A DNA stretch of 64,000 nt from Lepidodermella squamata (taxonomy: Eukaryota > Animalia > Gastrotricha). Shown piece by piece: positions 36,646 to 50,468 of this stretch (the stretch's first letter is position 1; the number at the start of each line of letters is the position of its first letter). The DNA is taken from NCBI GenBank assembly GCA_047495785.1, contig JBLDXI010000013.1:558001-622000 (forward strand). Reading direction: 5' to 3'. Both the position numbers and the translations under genes were made by a program. Under the pieces are notes generated by a model. It ran no database searches. It was not told where the DNA came from and worked only from the letters and a program-made list of their open reading frames with translations.

Positions 36646-39395
36646 TTAGCTGTCAAGTTGGTCTGTCTTGCGTTCGATTCGAACAATAACAATATTGACG
36701 GCAGTTTATCGACAACAATAATGACATACGTTTGCTAAAGAATTAACGAATAATAAGTACGCAGTTGCAATTCTAAGACAGGTGGGCGCTCATTAGATAT
36801 ATAGAATGATCGACGGGCGGCAGATAGATTTCTGAGCGGGGCGTAGGCTGTGTTTTTACTAGGCGTGATAAACGCCCAGCGTGTAAGCAAGAAAACAAAT
36901 CTCGTTTTGGTGTCGAATAAATACTGCTTCGATTTTTATTCGCCTAAAGGTGTGTGGTTTTAGATACAGCGGAATTCTCCGATGGAAATAATGTTATTTT
37001 CAAGGCAGCGCGATGCATATCAATGCTGAATATTTGCCATCGCATTGGACAATAAACACATTCGTTCGGATGCGAAAACAAACAAAGCTGCATAAATGCG
37101 ATTTCTCAGGCCTGCATATCATATATTATAATACTTGAAGACGAGATTATCGCCGATATTAAGCTCATCAAACTTTTCCTTATTGCTCTCATCCGGGCGA
37201 CAAGCGACGACAGTTTTTGATACCTATGCCTATAAGGGTTTATATACGCCGAGTCATGAAGCGATGAAATCGTAATATATAAGTCTGACTCTTGAAAAAA
37301 TCTATAATAAAGCAGCAATTTTTTTGTTGCCAAGTTTCCTTGTTGCAAGAATTTGATATTTTCCAGAATATAATACGCTCTTGAATCTCTAGTGCTTTCC
37401 GACCCTAAAATGTGCTAGGTAGGCAGTGGTGATGACAGGCGGAAAAATGCAAGCCTCTTGATGAAATCGCGCCGAGTTAAGTTTACGATTCGCTCTGAAC
37501 GCGAAAAGTTTTTTAATATGAGAATTACGTGCTTAGCGGCAGGTGCATGAGAACAATGATCGGAACAATTTCTAACTGATTTCAAAGAATCAGGAAAAAT
37601 ATTAGTTCTTAAAAAGAGGATTGTTAATACATTAATCTTAAAGATGTTATGGTTTTAGTAGAGTCAGATCAGGACTCGCCGCAATTCGGAATTCGAATAT
37701 CATTCGAAATGATTTAGCACCGAAGTTATAATATAGTTTAAGCAAACAGCGCTGCCACGGCTGAGTGGAGAGCTCGCCGTGTCGCAGATTACATTGCATG
37801 CAACGCGATGCGGTCATTAGTATCCGATGAGCACAAAAATGTGATTCGCGCACACTTTACCAGACTTCGAGCAGCGTAAAATGAGGCTAATAGCCGGCAA
37901 AATATATCTCGATGCAAAAACATATCAGCGTCTGGGCGCACATGGCGAAATGGTAATTGAGTAGATCAGCCGCCAAGTCGAGCAAGCGCATTTTTTTGTC
38001 ATTTGTTCCGCAATTTGTATTTGCTTTTTCGGGTAAATGTTATTTTATTCATATCATGTGCGCCATGCCATATATGCGGATGGAGTCAAAATGATGCGTC
38101 CGTTATTTTGAGGCACTGATAACTATGCGCGACTGGTATGAAAAAAACCAAAATTGCTGCGTTTATTTGCATTCGAAAATAACGCTGTCACCAAAATTAT
38201 CTAGAAAAAATTATATATGGTATGTAAAAGCCAAACGTAAAGCAGTTTGCACTTTGTAAAACGCTGTTAATCACGATGGCTCTCTGTTGAATAATATATG
38301 ATAATCAGCAGAACCATCGTTTTTCGCGATTTTCCAGTTTAATTTTATGAAAAATAATGAATGACCAGTTTTCAGATTAGCGAAGCGGGTCTAACACCGC
38401 AAGGTTTCCTCGGAGGTTTCTGGTGCATATTAATAGCATTTCCTTGGTTTCCGTCGGCGGACCGGCGCTCTGCTCGAGATTTGCGGTTGCCAAGCCTGTA
38501 ATGCCGCTCAGTCTGCAGTAAAAAATGCAAGTAATCTTCTGACGTGGCTATTTCATTCTTTAGTTTGAAATCGCCACATAATATGTAAGAAAAAATAGTT
38601 TGAACTTCAATAGCTTGGTGCCGGCGAAATTCTTCATGCGCGACAATAGTGCCTGGTTTTCGCGTACAGGCTACACACTACGAATTTTTATGTGAAGTAG
38701 TATAGTGATTTTCGCAGGCCTAGATCTTGAAAAGGGATGAGCGTTGCTTTTATATAAAATATCGCGACCGGAATAACTGTAAAAAGAATCAATAATGAAA
38801 TTATGACACAAAGACACAATTGGCATATTTTAACTTGGTGTTGCCGCTAAGTGACGTGCTCCCACACATCATGTCTCTACATATATCGCAGACTCGATCA
38901 ATCGGCTATTCCAAGAGTGTCAGCTTTATTATTATTATTTCCAATCAGCCAATGCGCGTCTGGTGCATTTAGCAGCGCTCCGCTCAGCTCAATGCCCTAA
39001 TGATTAATGTGTTTGTCATCATTTTTCCGCAGCCTATTGGTAATTATTGCTGAGCCTGACGCATCAACACAGAAGGATTTCGTTTTACTGCGGCAATGTT
39101 CCACACGCTTAGCCATGAATTCGCAAAAACAATAGCCCGCCCCTTTATTGGCGTTGTTAAAATAAATAAATTAGGATCAAATTGTCGCGACCTAAATCAG
39201 CTAGAGAATCGCGAGAATCCGATAACTCTAAACATCATTGTTTTGAGTAAACAAAAACATTCAATTTGTTTTTATTATTTCCCACAACAGATACATCAGA
39301 AGATTGCACACAGTTTACCCATCCCATTGTCAAGTCCAAAAAAAATCATTCATCAAATATTCCGATCAATTGTAACAGTTAAAATAATTTATTGA

Positions 39396-41195
39396 TCATT
39401 CAGAAATTTGTTGAGCAGCATCCACACGCCCGATATCGAATTTGAATTTTGACGATCGAAAGCAAAAAGCCATCAACTCCTCCGCAAATGGAACAACCAT
39501 TTGCTGATATGCATCAAGGAACTGATTTAGCCCATCATAACCGCCTGATTGCTGTAGAACAGAGTAACATTCCGCCAAAGCTTCTCTCATATCGGTGTGA
39601 ACTTTCTGTTCAATCGAAAGAGGGCAAAATAACAGCAGTGCGTTGAAAGCCGCTACTAATCCATTGGCGAATTTCGCGAGAATGGGGTACGCTAGTAAGG
39701 TAGGCGGGGGACTGAGATGGCTACTGGAATTCGCATTCACAGCTGAAGTTTCGTACTTGTTGTTGTCGATCGTCATCAGCGCAGGGATATCCGTGCAACG
39801 CTCAAATGCGTTGACAGCAGCGTCGAGAAGCGAGCCAAATCGCCTTAGCGCCACCGATTCAAATATTGGCACAAGACGAGGGCGGAAATCGCAACCGATT
39901 CTCGAAAATGACAGACCGAAATACATAGCCTGATTGACAACAGAGTCAAGGCTCGGGAAGATGGCTTCTTCGTTGGCTGATATCACCGATTCAAGAACTT
40001 TTAAGTAGTCATCAATCTGAAATTAAAAGAGTAACAGGATGAAAACTTGAACAGAGCAACTCAAACCTTCATCAAGATCCAACTTGGCAGAATTTTTTGA
40101 AAAACAAATGTGTTTGAAAATTCTGTTGTTTGGCCTAGTTGAGATGCTTGCCGAAATTCATCATCGGAGAAAACGGCTCGATACTGCGTCACAATGTCGA
40201 AGAGACATGTGCGGGTGGTTTCAGTTAATTTTGAAAGTCGCTTAGAAACTGCGTGACAGAAAATGTGTAAAATCGAAGTGAAGATAACTGTAGAAACTTG
40301 CCATCTTTGAAGCCATGAACACTGCTCAGCTGTGACTGCAGCCAGCTATCCCTCGCAAGCAGAAACTTCACTCGTAACCCTAATTCTGAATCTCGCCCGA
40401 GGCGGCGTAGGCTACCAATCACCCTCAAGCATTGCGGCAATTGAATACTGCCGTTTAGTTGTTGCAGAAGCGTCAGATGAAAGGAGTCGACCAAACGAGC
40501 CACGTCATTTGCGATTTGCTAAAGTTGAGACAATAGTCGAGAGAGTTGTGGGGTAATAAAAGTTACCATAACAAGTGGCAATGAGCCACTATGACGCCGC
40601 TCCATCCGAGTAACCACATTCAGTAGCTCCAAAGCTTCATCGTAGTATCCGTTTCGAATGTACGTATCCATAAGCTGAGGTATCTCAAGTACCTCAAGTA
40701 ATCGTGAATGATGCTCGACGGATTGGCCATTGATAACGTGTCTAAGCGGTAAAAATGTGCTTATTTTCATCGTAAAATTATCATTTGTAAATAACCTAGT
40801 GACTATATTTTGAGATTCTCCTTGCAGAAGGTCCATCTGCTTCCGCAAGTTTTCTGCGGTACTGAGAATATCGTCAACGAGGTTTTCAGATGACAGCAGC
40901 TTTCAAATCGAAAATTCGTATCACTTCACACAATTCATGCCAATGTTTCTTACCTCATCTACCACGGATTTCACGCTTTCTCCAGATTTGAGAAACACAG
41001 CATAATTGGAAACGGGCAGTACCTGAAGACTGGCTTCGAGAGCTGAGCGAGACTCTTCCAATTTGGGCTTTTCGCGGCCTATTGTTCAAAATATGAGATG
41101 TTTGTACAGTTTTAAAAAATTAAGAACCAACTCAGCTTTTCCAAGCCCATGGAGCAAAGTGCATCGAAGTAGGAAGAGTTGGTTCCCTCATCCAT
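39396..41195 (-). CDS. COG8: Conserved oligomeric Golgi complex subunit 8, multi-exon
   Basis: LLEVLEIPQLMDTYIRNGYYDEAL, QLPQCLRVIGSLRR, LFDIVTQYRAVF and AMYFGLSFSRIGCDFR. One intron is GC-AG. Confidence 0.93.
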
Positions 41196-42119
41196 GGCAA
41201 TAATATAATTAAAAAAACTGAAATGAGAAAACAACGAACTTAGTACGATGAAATAGTGGTTCATTTCGGAACGAAGCTTCGATGTCACTAACTACTGATC
41301 ATCAGGTTTTTATTGAATATGAATGAATAACTTGGAAGTAAGGATAATTGAAAACGATTCCAATACTTGTTTCTCGATATGCCTTGTAATGCATTTTCTG
41401 GAAATCCGCTGTCCAAAAAATAGGCATATATATCAACAAGATAATGTGACATTAACAATTAACCAAAATAAAAAAAATCGAGAAAAAACGTGTTTTAGGA
41501 GCGAGGTGTGAACCCAATTTGACAGGAGATGTACCGCCATCAGAAGTACCTCCGATAACAGGGGCCACAGCCCAGCAGTAAATATAAAATAAAAAAGTCT
41601 AAGTAATGAGTTTTTGATGTCATCTATTTTTAAATAAGTATACAGCATCAATTCTACAGGAGGCAAATAACTCGAAAATAACTCGGCAAACGTTACGCGG
41701 AAAATACCCGTCCCGTCAACAATCAACGAATAAATGAATTTTCGCTTTTAAATCCTCAGACTCTAACACACTCAAAAATCAAAATGATCAAAGGACACGG
41801 GTGGTAAATTGCGAAAGAGCGAAGAGCGCAATAAGAAGGTTTAGTTCGAGTTTACCAACTACTTTTACGACAAGCCAACCCTTGGGACTCTTTACACTAG
41901 CTATTACATGTTCCTCAAGGGCCAAATGCTCTATAAATAAGTTGTGCCGAAGCGGCTTCTGATTCACTCGGCGGAACCTACAAACAGTAAGTCAGGCGAG
42001 ACTCAGGCAAGATACAGCTTTTAACACAAGAAACTCGACTTGGCACAACAAATCGGCACAACTTTGTGACAAATAAAACGCGCCAAAACAAATTAAAAAG
42101 TACTTGACATCTAATTTTT

Positions 42120-42790
42120 ATTTATTAAATTGTGTAACAATATAATAGTATAAAGCAAAATTGTTATTTTCAATAATCCTAACAACAGGCGGCGTGGCTA
42201 GAGACGTCTGCTCACCCGTTGCGTCAAAATAGGGTCGCTTCGAGATGGTCGCCATTTGCTGCCCATCTGCGTTTAAATTACAGGGTGGCAGCCCTTATTC
42301 GATGTAGATATGGATACATGTAAGCCTACGAAACATTTTACGCGGAGATTCTCCCGTGGAAATGACATTTCCAAGGCTTTTCCCCAGCTAGATGAAGTAC
42401 ATCGAGATCCTTTATGATAGTTGTTCCTTGCTTTCCCGTCGACCACGGCCCCTCTGGCCGATGGGTTGCAATTATAGAGCCACCTTCGGGGAAATGGTTA
42501 TGCTACATTGTTATTTGTACTGGAGTATATTGTCACATAGGGATTTGGATTGTTCATATAACATGCATGTAAAAATGATGTCGACATCAACCATGAACCA
42601 CATACTCCTATTGTACTGTTGCATGTACATGCCAACTACGTTCTTATACTAAATTAGGCCACATATCCTTGAAAATCGTGGCAATTTACTCGTTTGAGCT
42701 GAACCTGATCCTGAAACTGATGTAAAATTATCGGAGAAATTAGCGGCGACTGGGCTTACTAATACATCGGCTAAATTAACCGTCCGATCG
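42120..42790 (-). pseudogene. Possible degenerate coding relic adjacent to the MITE
   Basis: Protein-like fragments occur in shifting frames (DRTVNLADVLVSPVAANFSDNFT; LACTCNSTIGVCGSW; KRPYFDATGEQTSLATPPVVRII) with a local CATG excess. No family recognised. Confidence 0.25.
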
Positions 42791-42798
42791 ATTTATAG

Positions 42799-43032
42799 CA
42801 GGGGCGTAGAATCTGCAGATCCGGGCACGTAAAAATTTGAAGCCTTTTATCACATCCATATCACATCCAGGGCGAAATTAGAAAAAATAGTAAGGTAAAT
42901 CTCGCTTCGCTTGCGATTGGCTGATTTCTGGAAATACCTTGAAGAATGTCTTATTGGAACCTTGGCACTACGTGGGTCTTATATGGAATTCTAGCTTGGC
43001 TGCCGGGAAATACTGCAGATTCTACTCTCGCG
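42799..43032. mobile_element. hAT-like MITE (234 bp)
   Basis: Imperfect terminal inverted repeats CAGGGGCGTAGAATCTGCAG / CTGCAGATTCTACTCTCGCG with a 13-bp perfect core, flanked by the 8-bp direct repeat ATTTATAG (42791-42798 and 43033-43040). Confidence 0.8.
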
Positions 43033-43659
43033 ATTTATAGTTCGTTGGATTCAGTACGACCTTGAGACCCCGGCTGGCAGAAAGTTGATAGAAAGGTCGA
43101 TGGTGTTCCTTTGTAAAATTATAGGTTGGTAAATACAAGTGAGGGTAATTAAAATTACTATTCCAGCAAGTTTGAATTATTTGGGTCAGACGCTGCTGTT
43201 ATTTCCACATACATCGAAGGCAATGTAACCTCGAGCTATTAGCTGCGCGCTGTGTGCTGTTTACATAAATGATTCAACGCCTTCAAACTGCAAATTAATC
43301 GAGTAAACCTGGAAGAAATCCCAATGGAAAGATACTTGCGATTCGTTGTTATGATTAGTTTTTATTACCTACATATGGAAAGCTTGCGTTTAGCTACATA
43401 TGACAAGGGACATCAACGTAGCGGATAGTCATGTGACTTCTCATGAGGATAGCGTTTATTTTGAAATTTTTCGTTACCCTGGAATTCGCCTATACCACGC
43501 GGCCTTCGTAATTGATAGCAACCCAGTGAAGCTTTTTTCTGCCCTCAGTTTAATATTTCAATGTTCAATTTTTTAGACGCAGATTTTATTTTACGCCGAA
43601 GATAAATGTGTGCTTCCGCTATTCTAATGCTTGCTGGCCACTGAAGTTCCTTGAAAGAA

Positions 43660-44101
43660 ATGGAAAATTTACCTGGTGTTTTGCACGATGCGCTTATCGG
43701 AACGGGGCACGTTGAAAATTACGCGGTTAGAGCTCTTCCAATTTATTTATGGTGACATGAGTCTCAATATTTTACAGCTCGTCCGCCGCAAAGATGCCGT
43801 CATCAAAGCTACATCGCAAAGTTTTGGGCTACGACCTGAACAAGCTCAGTTTCTTTTGGATATTTTCAAAAACACAGCCGTGCTTCGCGAACGTGGCATC
43901 AACTTTAAATCAAAATTTTACGAATGTGTTCGAGCTGATAAAAATTCGATATATGCTAAAAATGTTGACGGGAGTGGCCTGATAATTGTAAGAACTATCG
44001 CCTTCGTTATAATTGGGCAATACGCATCGAAAATGAGTCCTGCTGTCTGCGTGGAAGCAGTCGAAAGGTTATCAGATTACTTTCGAGACAAAGGTAAATA
44101 G
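43660..44101 (+). CDS. PFN4: Profilin-4-like, 2 exons
   Basis: LHDALIGTGHVENYAL, YECVRADKNSIYAK and MSPAVCVEAVERLSDYFRDKGK match the profilin-4 type. Confidence 0.88.
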
Positions 44102-44489
44102 AATTTTGTATTTGATTCTACATGCTCACGGTCTACTTTTTGCGGAAATAAAACATGATGGCTGTTCAACGTCTCAGTTCAAATAAATAAATTATTGTTG
44201 ATAACTGGGGTTTGGAAAATGTTTGTCAATGACAAGTGACTGGTAGTACATAAATTACGCAACTGCCCGCGGCAATCTGTCACAATGAGCGCGTGCGAGA
44301 ACGCCGACCCCGATCACACGCGCCCAGCCCATTTTTGTCGCGTGAGAGTCTGAAATTCGATATGCAAAACATAACATTAGAAAGAGAACACGAGCTGAAC
44401 CACAAAATTTGTTGAAAAAGTTATTGTTGCCCCTCGTATGCTGCAAACATAACGTGTTGTAAAAGAGCCAGATTATTCGTGTTTCAATT

Positions 44490-46808
44490 ATGAGTAAACC
44501 GTATTCTCAGACGCGCACTCATTCCGGCCAAAGATCATCTTCCGACTGGGCACTGTCGTCGTATCAAAAATCTTCACAGCAATCTCGACATGTCTCTCGA
44601 AATGCGGGCACTGGCGGGCGCGACAGACGCTCATCCTCGCGAGGGGGCACACTGAGCGACTACGAAGACGCATTGAAAGCGAAAGCCCGCCTGCAACAGC
44701 AACCCATTCTCAAGAAGCAAAGTTGTTTCGTCGACCAATTTACAACCTTTTACAATGTAGTTTCATTTTTTCAAACCAGGATTTCTAGAGGATGGGGATT
44801 ACTACGACAAAAAACATCGCAATGATCCGATTTACAAACCAACTTCGGCCCATGCGGCCAAGGCTCGCGAAGCCGGTATGAAGCCAAAAGGTCGCCATGC
44901 GACATTTCACGAGTCAACTCGAGATCCTAGCGCGACATCTCGCAATAGCAAGGAGCGAGAAAAGCTCTCGTCATCTTCTTCATATCACTTCAAGAGCCTA
45001 GCCGAATGGAAAAGGTCCGTCGCGAACCTTTTGGATAAATCTCAACTGAGCGCTGTGGATCGCTTTCGTCGGCGAACATTGGGTAACACATTTTTTGCGC
45101 CACTTCAAGTTAAAATGAAGCTCTTGTATTGCTTAAGCTTTTAGAACGGCGGTTTGCATCGGTCTCATTCTAGCAACAGCCGCCGTGATAGGTGCCATTA
45201 TGGGCAGTGTATATTACGTCCGCCTTCACAGGCATCCTGTAGTTAAACCGAAGGTGAGTATAAAATTGATTCATTCTTTTTTAATGAATAGAACTAGGTT
45301 ACTGTTCTCGCGGCTATCAACGGCACTCTACGGCTGCTTGATATGCCATTTTCGAGTATTCTTGAAGTAAGAGATTCACTGGAGTTCAAGAAATTGGAGG
45401 CAGCGATATGCTCGACCATACGCGACGCCGTCACTGATTCGTGTATGATTCAAGGCAATTTTCCCCGAAATTTTTCATAAATAAATTCTTCTACAGCTTT
45501 TTGCACGGTGAACAAATTTCGAAATGGCTCTGTCATAGCCGATTTCCTGTTCAAGGTAAATCTTCCCAGCATTGACTCGGATTTGAAGAACAGTCCGATA
45601 GCTGGAATGCATCGGCGCGATGAGATCATGGCAAACGTGACCGCCAAACGGCTGAGCAAATTGGGTCACAAGTTCAATCTGTTCATCGACCCTGAATTCG
45701 CACGGCAACCAGAAGTCGATCTATTCATGACAGAGGTTCGCACGCAAAAATACGTCCGCATTGCCGATGTCCAGCCGGTGCTCGACAACAAGGACATTGA
45801 AGAATTGTGTACGGAAAACTCGACTGAACCTCTCGAAACCAACTACTTTCCTGATCGGACTGATTGCAGGTAATTGAGATTTATTAATGTTCGCAATTGT
45901 ATATAGGGTTCATCTTCGCTTACAGAGCTTTCCTGGTGTGTGACGGTTCGCAACTTTACCGCTTGACTTGCGGCGAAGGCACAGCGTGGAACGACGAGGA
46001 GGTCACATGTGATTTCAAAAGCAAGACCAACTGCACGCTTGACGGCGCAACCATTGCTCATGACAAATTTGACAGCGATGAAGTTGACCTGCCTGACGAT
46101 GAGATGACTGATCGCGTCAAGCTGGCGATCCGCCACTCGAAGGCAGAAGCGAAGCGCAAACTCGCCAAGCTGGAAACGACAACACCACTCAAGACGACCG
46201 AGGAGACTACTCGCATGATCAATGAAGCGCGCCGTCGCAACCAGGTCACTTTTCGCTCCAGGTTCAAGGATAACGTTGAACCGGTGATGCCCAAAAAGCG
46301 CCCTGTTTCCAGCGAAGAAGAGGAAATGACCGAAGCGCCCGTCGTTGAGCCTCCTATTTTTAAAAAGAAGAATCGGCCGACAGAAGACAATGCTGCTAGG
46401 CTAAGAAAATTGGAGGAGGCAGAAGTTGAGGCTGTGACTCAATCTTTTATTCCACCGAAGCCCAAGAAGCCCAAGAAATTGTCACCCCTGGATGAAGCCG
46501 CTGCCATGGCAGAAGTCACAAAGCCACCAAAAACAACAGCGAAAGCGGTGAAAATCACTCGGCCACCTGTCAAAGATGCTGCTGACGCGGTTGCCAAGGA
46601 AACAAGCCCGCAGAAGAAGCAGATTGTCAAGGTCGCCGTTCCTGTGGAGAAAAATGTTGTTTACATCGGCGATATTGGTGGAGATGATACTGGAACGGTC
46701 GCGGAATCGACAGTTCGACGAACAGCGCAACCAGCTGCTGAGGACACTGCTCGAATTCGGCGTGTAATCGCGAAGAAGGCGGCTCCGCGTGAAGTAAATA
46801 GCGAATGA
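44490..46808 (+). CDS. Type II membrane protein with SEA domain, chitin-binding type-2 (CBM14) domain and charged low-complexity tail
   Basis: TM AVCIGLILATAAVIGAIMGSVYY, SEA motif FRNGSVIADF, and CBM14 C..YFPDRTDCRAFLVC..LTCGEGTAWN..CDF..C. Confidence 0.82.
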
Positions 46809-47661
46809 GTCGTGCGGTCTGGTGCGGTTTTATGGGGACGTAATTTATAAATTAATGTATAACTTTGAACGAACGTTTCTCATCTTGAATTCCTGTGATG
46901 TATAACTATTGCTCATCTCTCATTCATCGGCTTCGTATGTTGAAATACAACGCTAAAATACATGTCTTACGTTGCAGTCTTAAATTCGCATATTTCTGTA
47001 TTCCTAATGAAAAGGCCCGTTAGCAGCGAGTTCAAAGCGCGTAATTAACATTATTGCTGACAGCTTATTCACTAAAAGCAAAGCAAAAATTCCATGTTTG
47101 CTGCTTGAAACTGAAATAAAAATCAATACACAATATCGCTCGCGAAGATTATATATTTCTATATTCATTGGACATCCCATACGATAGACTGCTTGTTATT
47201 ACCATTATTTCTGCCTATAATTGTTCGATTTTTTGAATATTTGATTTTTGGCGGCAATTGTATATAGTAGAAAAATAATCTATATTATTACTTTGTAATT
47301 CGACTCATGCGAAATGCAGCTTCGTTATTGAAAATCTCATGTACAATACGAAGGGACGTTACCTACGATACTGAGTGCCATGTGGAGTACTGCGAAGCTA
47401 CTTACGGCATAAAATGACACATTGACCTACGCTCAACACGAAATAAATTGTTTTCACCAAACGACAAAATGGACTTATCGGCAAGCTGATAGCTGAATCA
47501 GTAGGTGACGATGTACGGATTTATTTTGAAACGAAAGTGCAGATATAATAAGCAACTCAATAAACAAAAACAGTCGAGATCGTAGAGACATAATTGTAAC
47601 ATTTCGGCGAGCACAACTTCATGAATGCACAAGTCAATTATTGGAATTTTTTAACCAGCGG

Positions 47662-49822
47662 TTAGCATGAGGCGAGCAGTAATTTGTTGTAGTCGGCTAG
47701 CATCGATTTAACCCGATTGATTATTTGCTTATAATCACACTCGGCCATTTTGGCAGCAATAACTGAAAAAACTTGAATTAATCAAAAGCATACATCCATA
47801 CGCTCCGACTTACAATCCTTGGCCGAAAAATTGTTCGCCTCGATCGTCTTCAGCTTGGTCTCAAGATGTAGCAGCTGCTTGAAAGCTTCGTTTTCTTCAA
47901 GACTTGATTTTTCCTTGTCGCATTTGTCCTTAAGGTGTTTGTTGGTTGTTTCCAGAGTAACCAATTGGCGCTTCAGGGATGATTTCTCTTCCATGAGGCT
48001 CTAAAATAACAAAAATCTGAGCGTCTACGTTGAGTTTTTTTTATCCATCACGAACCTTTTTCTTATCCTCAGCTTCATGCTTTAAGCCCTCTAAATTGGA
48101 GAATCTCTCAATTTCCATTTTCATCATTGACTGCCTTTGATATAGGTCTTCGATTTCCTGCTTTACTTTCACCTCTAGTTGCTCGATTTGCTCAACATCT
48201 TGCTGCAGTTTACGATGTTCTAAATAAACCAACTATAAAAAAGACAACTCCATCGAAGAAATTTTACCTTGGGTAATTCCAGCAGCGGTTGTTTCTGACT
48301 TTTTCAATTCACCTTCCTTGAACTCAAGATCCTTTTTCATTTGCGCAAGTTCTTCCCCCGAGGGCAAAGTGGTGAAACGAGCCAACGTTCGGCTGATGTG
48401 TTCCAAAAGCGAGACAACATTCTGTTCTAATTGAGCAATGCGTTCTTCGTTGCCTCGCTAAACATTGCATGGGAATAATGATAGTTAAGTATAACGTCAC
48501 ATAAATTCAAGTGCTACCTTAGTCTCTTCAAATGTAGCAAGAAACTCGTCCATTTGCTCCTCGCGTTTGCGAAGCTCTTTAAACTTCTGCTGCAGTTCGG
48601 AAGTACCTTCTTCAAGCTCCCGATCCAACTCAGCAACGTGCTGCTTAAGATTTTCTACCCGCGTTTGCAACTCATTGATTCTGGATGAATAATTTAATCG
48701 AATAAAATCGATAAGTGCAAAAATAAATATGAATATGAACTCACTCCCTTTCAATAGTGGCTATCTCTTGGTTATCGCGTTTTACATGCGCCAGAAGCTT
48801 TTCACGCTGCTCGGCTGGAGTTCCGCGCTCTTGCTCTTCTTTGAAAATGCGCTCACGCTTTTCCTCGATTTCGGCGAGATCTTCGAGTACTTTGACTGCT
48901 TCTTGCTTCAACGGATATGGAGCGATTTCAGCTTCAAATTCATGCTGCTTGGCTAGTAGCTGATCAAGTTGCTGTTGAAGCGACTCAATTTTACCGATAT
49001 AGGTGTCATTTTGGCGTTTCAGCTTCTCGTAACTGCAAAAAAATCTAATCAAAATGGTTTCATTTAACGAAAGAATTATTCACCGCTCCCGAGTCTTCGG
49101 ATCCATCTCGGTGACCATATTGTCAGTCATGCGCCGCTCCTGATCCATTTCCAATTCCAACTGAGAGATCAATGATTCTTGCTCTTGCTTTCGAGAGAAA
49201 AGCGATTCCAAGGCCCTGGATTCACGTTGATTGGCTGATCTCAAATCTTCAAGTTGCTGACGCATTGCTTGTGCATCGGACTCTGTGACCAAATGTTCGA
49301 CTAGAACGTTGTAATCTGCCATTTCTCCTTGAGCTTCTTTCAATTCTGCAGCCAACTTCTCCGCCTTCTTTTGATAAGAAAGGTAATTGTTCCGCTCCTC
49401 TGAGAGGTGCTCAATCTCTTTTCTCATTTTTGCTGTTTCTATTACAGTCTCATTCAGCTTCTGCCTGAGCAGACCAACGAAATAAGTTTTATCTTGAACG
49501 ATTCGTTGACCTTTCTGAGCTGTACGAAGGCCACCAAGTCCATGCTAAAAAAGGAGTTTTCATATATTGATGCGCCAAATTACTATGCAAGCACACAAAC
49601 CTGAGTCGTAGGGCGATCTTCTACAGTCAATGGAATGTTGAGAGCTACGCCGCCCCCAGCCATTTGACCTGAATTGGTCCCTAGAGCCCGCGCCGTAACA
49701 AGCCGGGAGGCTGTTCCTGGGGGGCGCCCCGATGCTGTACCCAATCTCTGCGGCGCAGCATTCAAATTTGGCTGATTTACTGGGGGCCGTGCCCCTGATT
49801 TGCCTGTGATTGGCCGGTCCAT
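47662..49822 (-). CDS. IFT74: Intraflagellar transport protein 74, multi-exon
   Basis: RPPGTASRL, DRPTTQHGLGGLRT, RIVQDKTYFVGLLR, YQKKAEKLAAELKEAQGEMADYN and a coiled-coil C-terminus. Confidence 0.93.
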
Positions 49823-50468
49823 AATTTAAAATCTAACAAAATAGAAGTTCATTCAATTGTTTATTGATTCAGCTGTTTTATTAAATACTAAAATATTGTA
49901 AACAAAATTTATCCTTAAGACTAGGTATATTCTATCAGCAATTTCAATACAGCTCAATTAGCACCAAATTGACGTTCGACAAGAGAACAACTTAAAAGAA
50001 TACACGTGCAATACTGTAACAAATGCAATAAACCATTCAATGAATAATCGGAAATTCAAGAGTATAAAAAATAAGGTACCGTATCGCCGCAAATTCTCGT
50101 AAAATCAAGCTATATATTGGCTAAATTAGGTTATTAAGATGGCTGATAAGTGAAGGTGGGGTGCATCTAGTCTTCACCTATATGCTACAGTGTGTGATTT
50201 ATCTATTTCGTACCATTTGTGGTGGCGTTTTGGAGGCTTTAGAACGAGCAAGTGTCATTTATTTCGTCCAGTTCTTATTTTTAAGGGAAAAAAGGAGCCG
50301 GGCAGCTAGGTAGTTATACAAACGTTGATTGAACGTAATTTGCGAGATACGGTATTCGCATGAGATAAAAAGATGAAAAAGAATTCACGCCCAATATATT
50401 AATTCTGAAAAGTACCAGGTGAAAATTTGCCTTAACGAAGACTCTCCCAGGATAATATGGCGCATAAA

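Noticed and set aside
41490-42110. Possible solo LTR (TATA, AATAAA, GTTGTGCCGA inverted repeat)
   Set aside because: No TG...CA ends with a matching target-site duplication were found.
43140-43160. TTTAATTACCC (minus strand) resembling nematode SL1
   Set aside because: Only a short partial match, with no following donor or Sm site.
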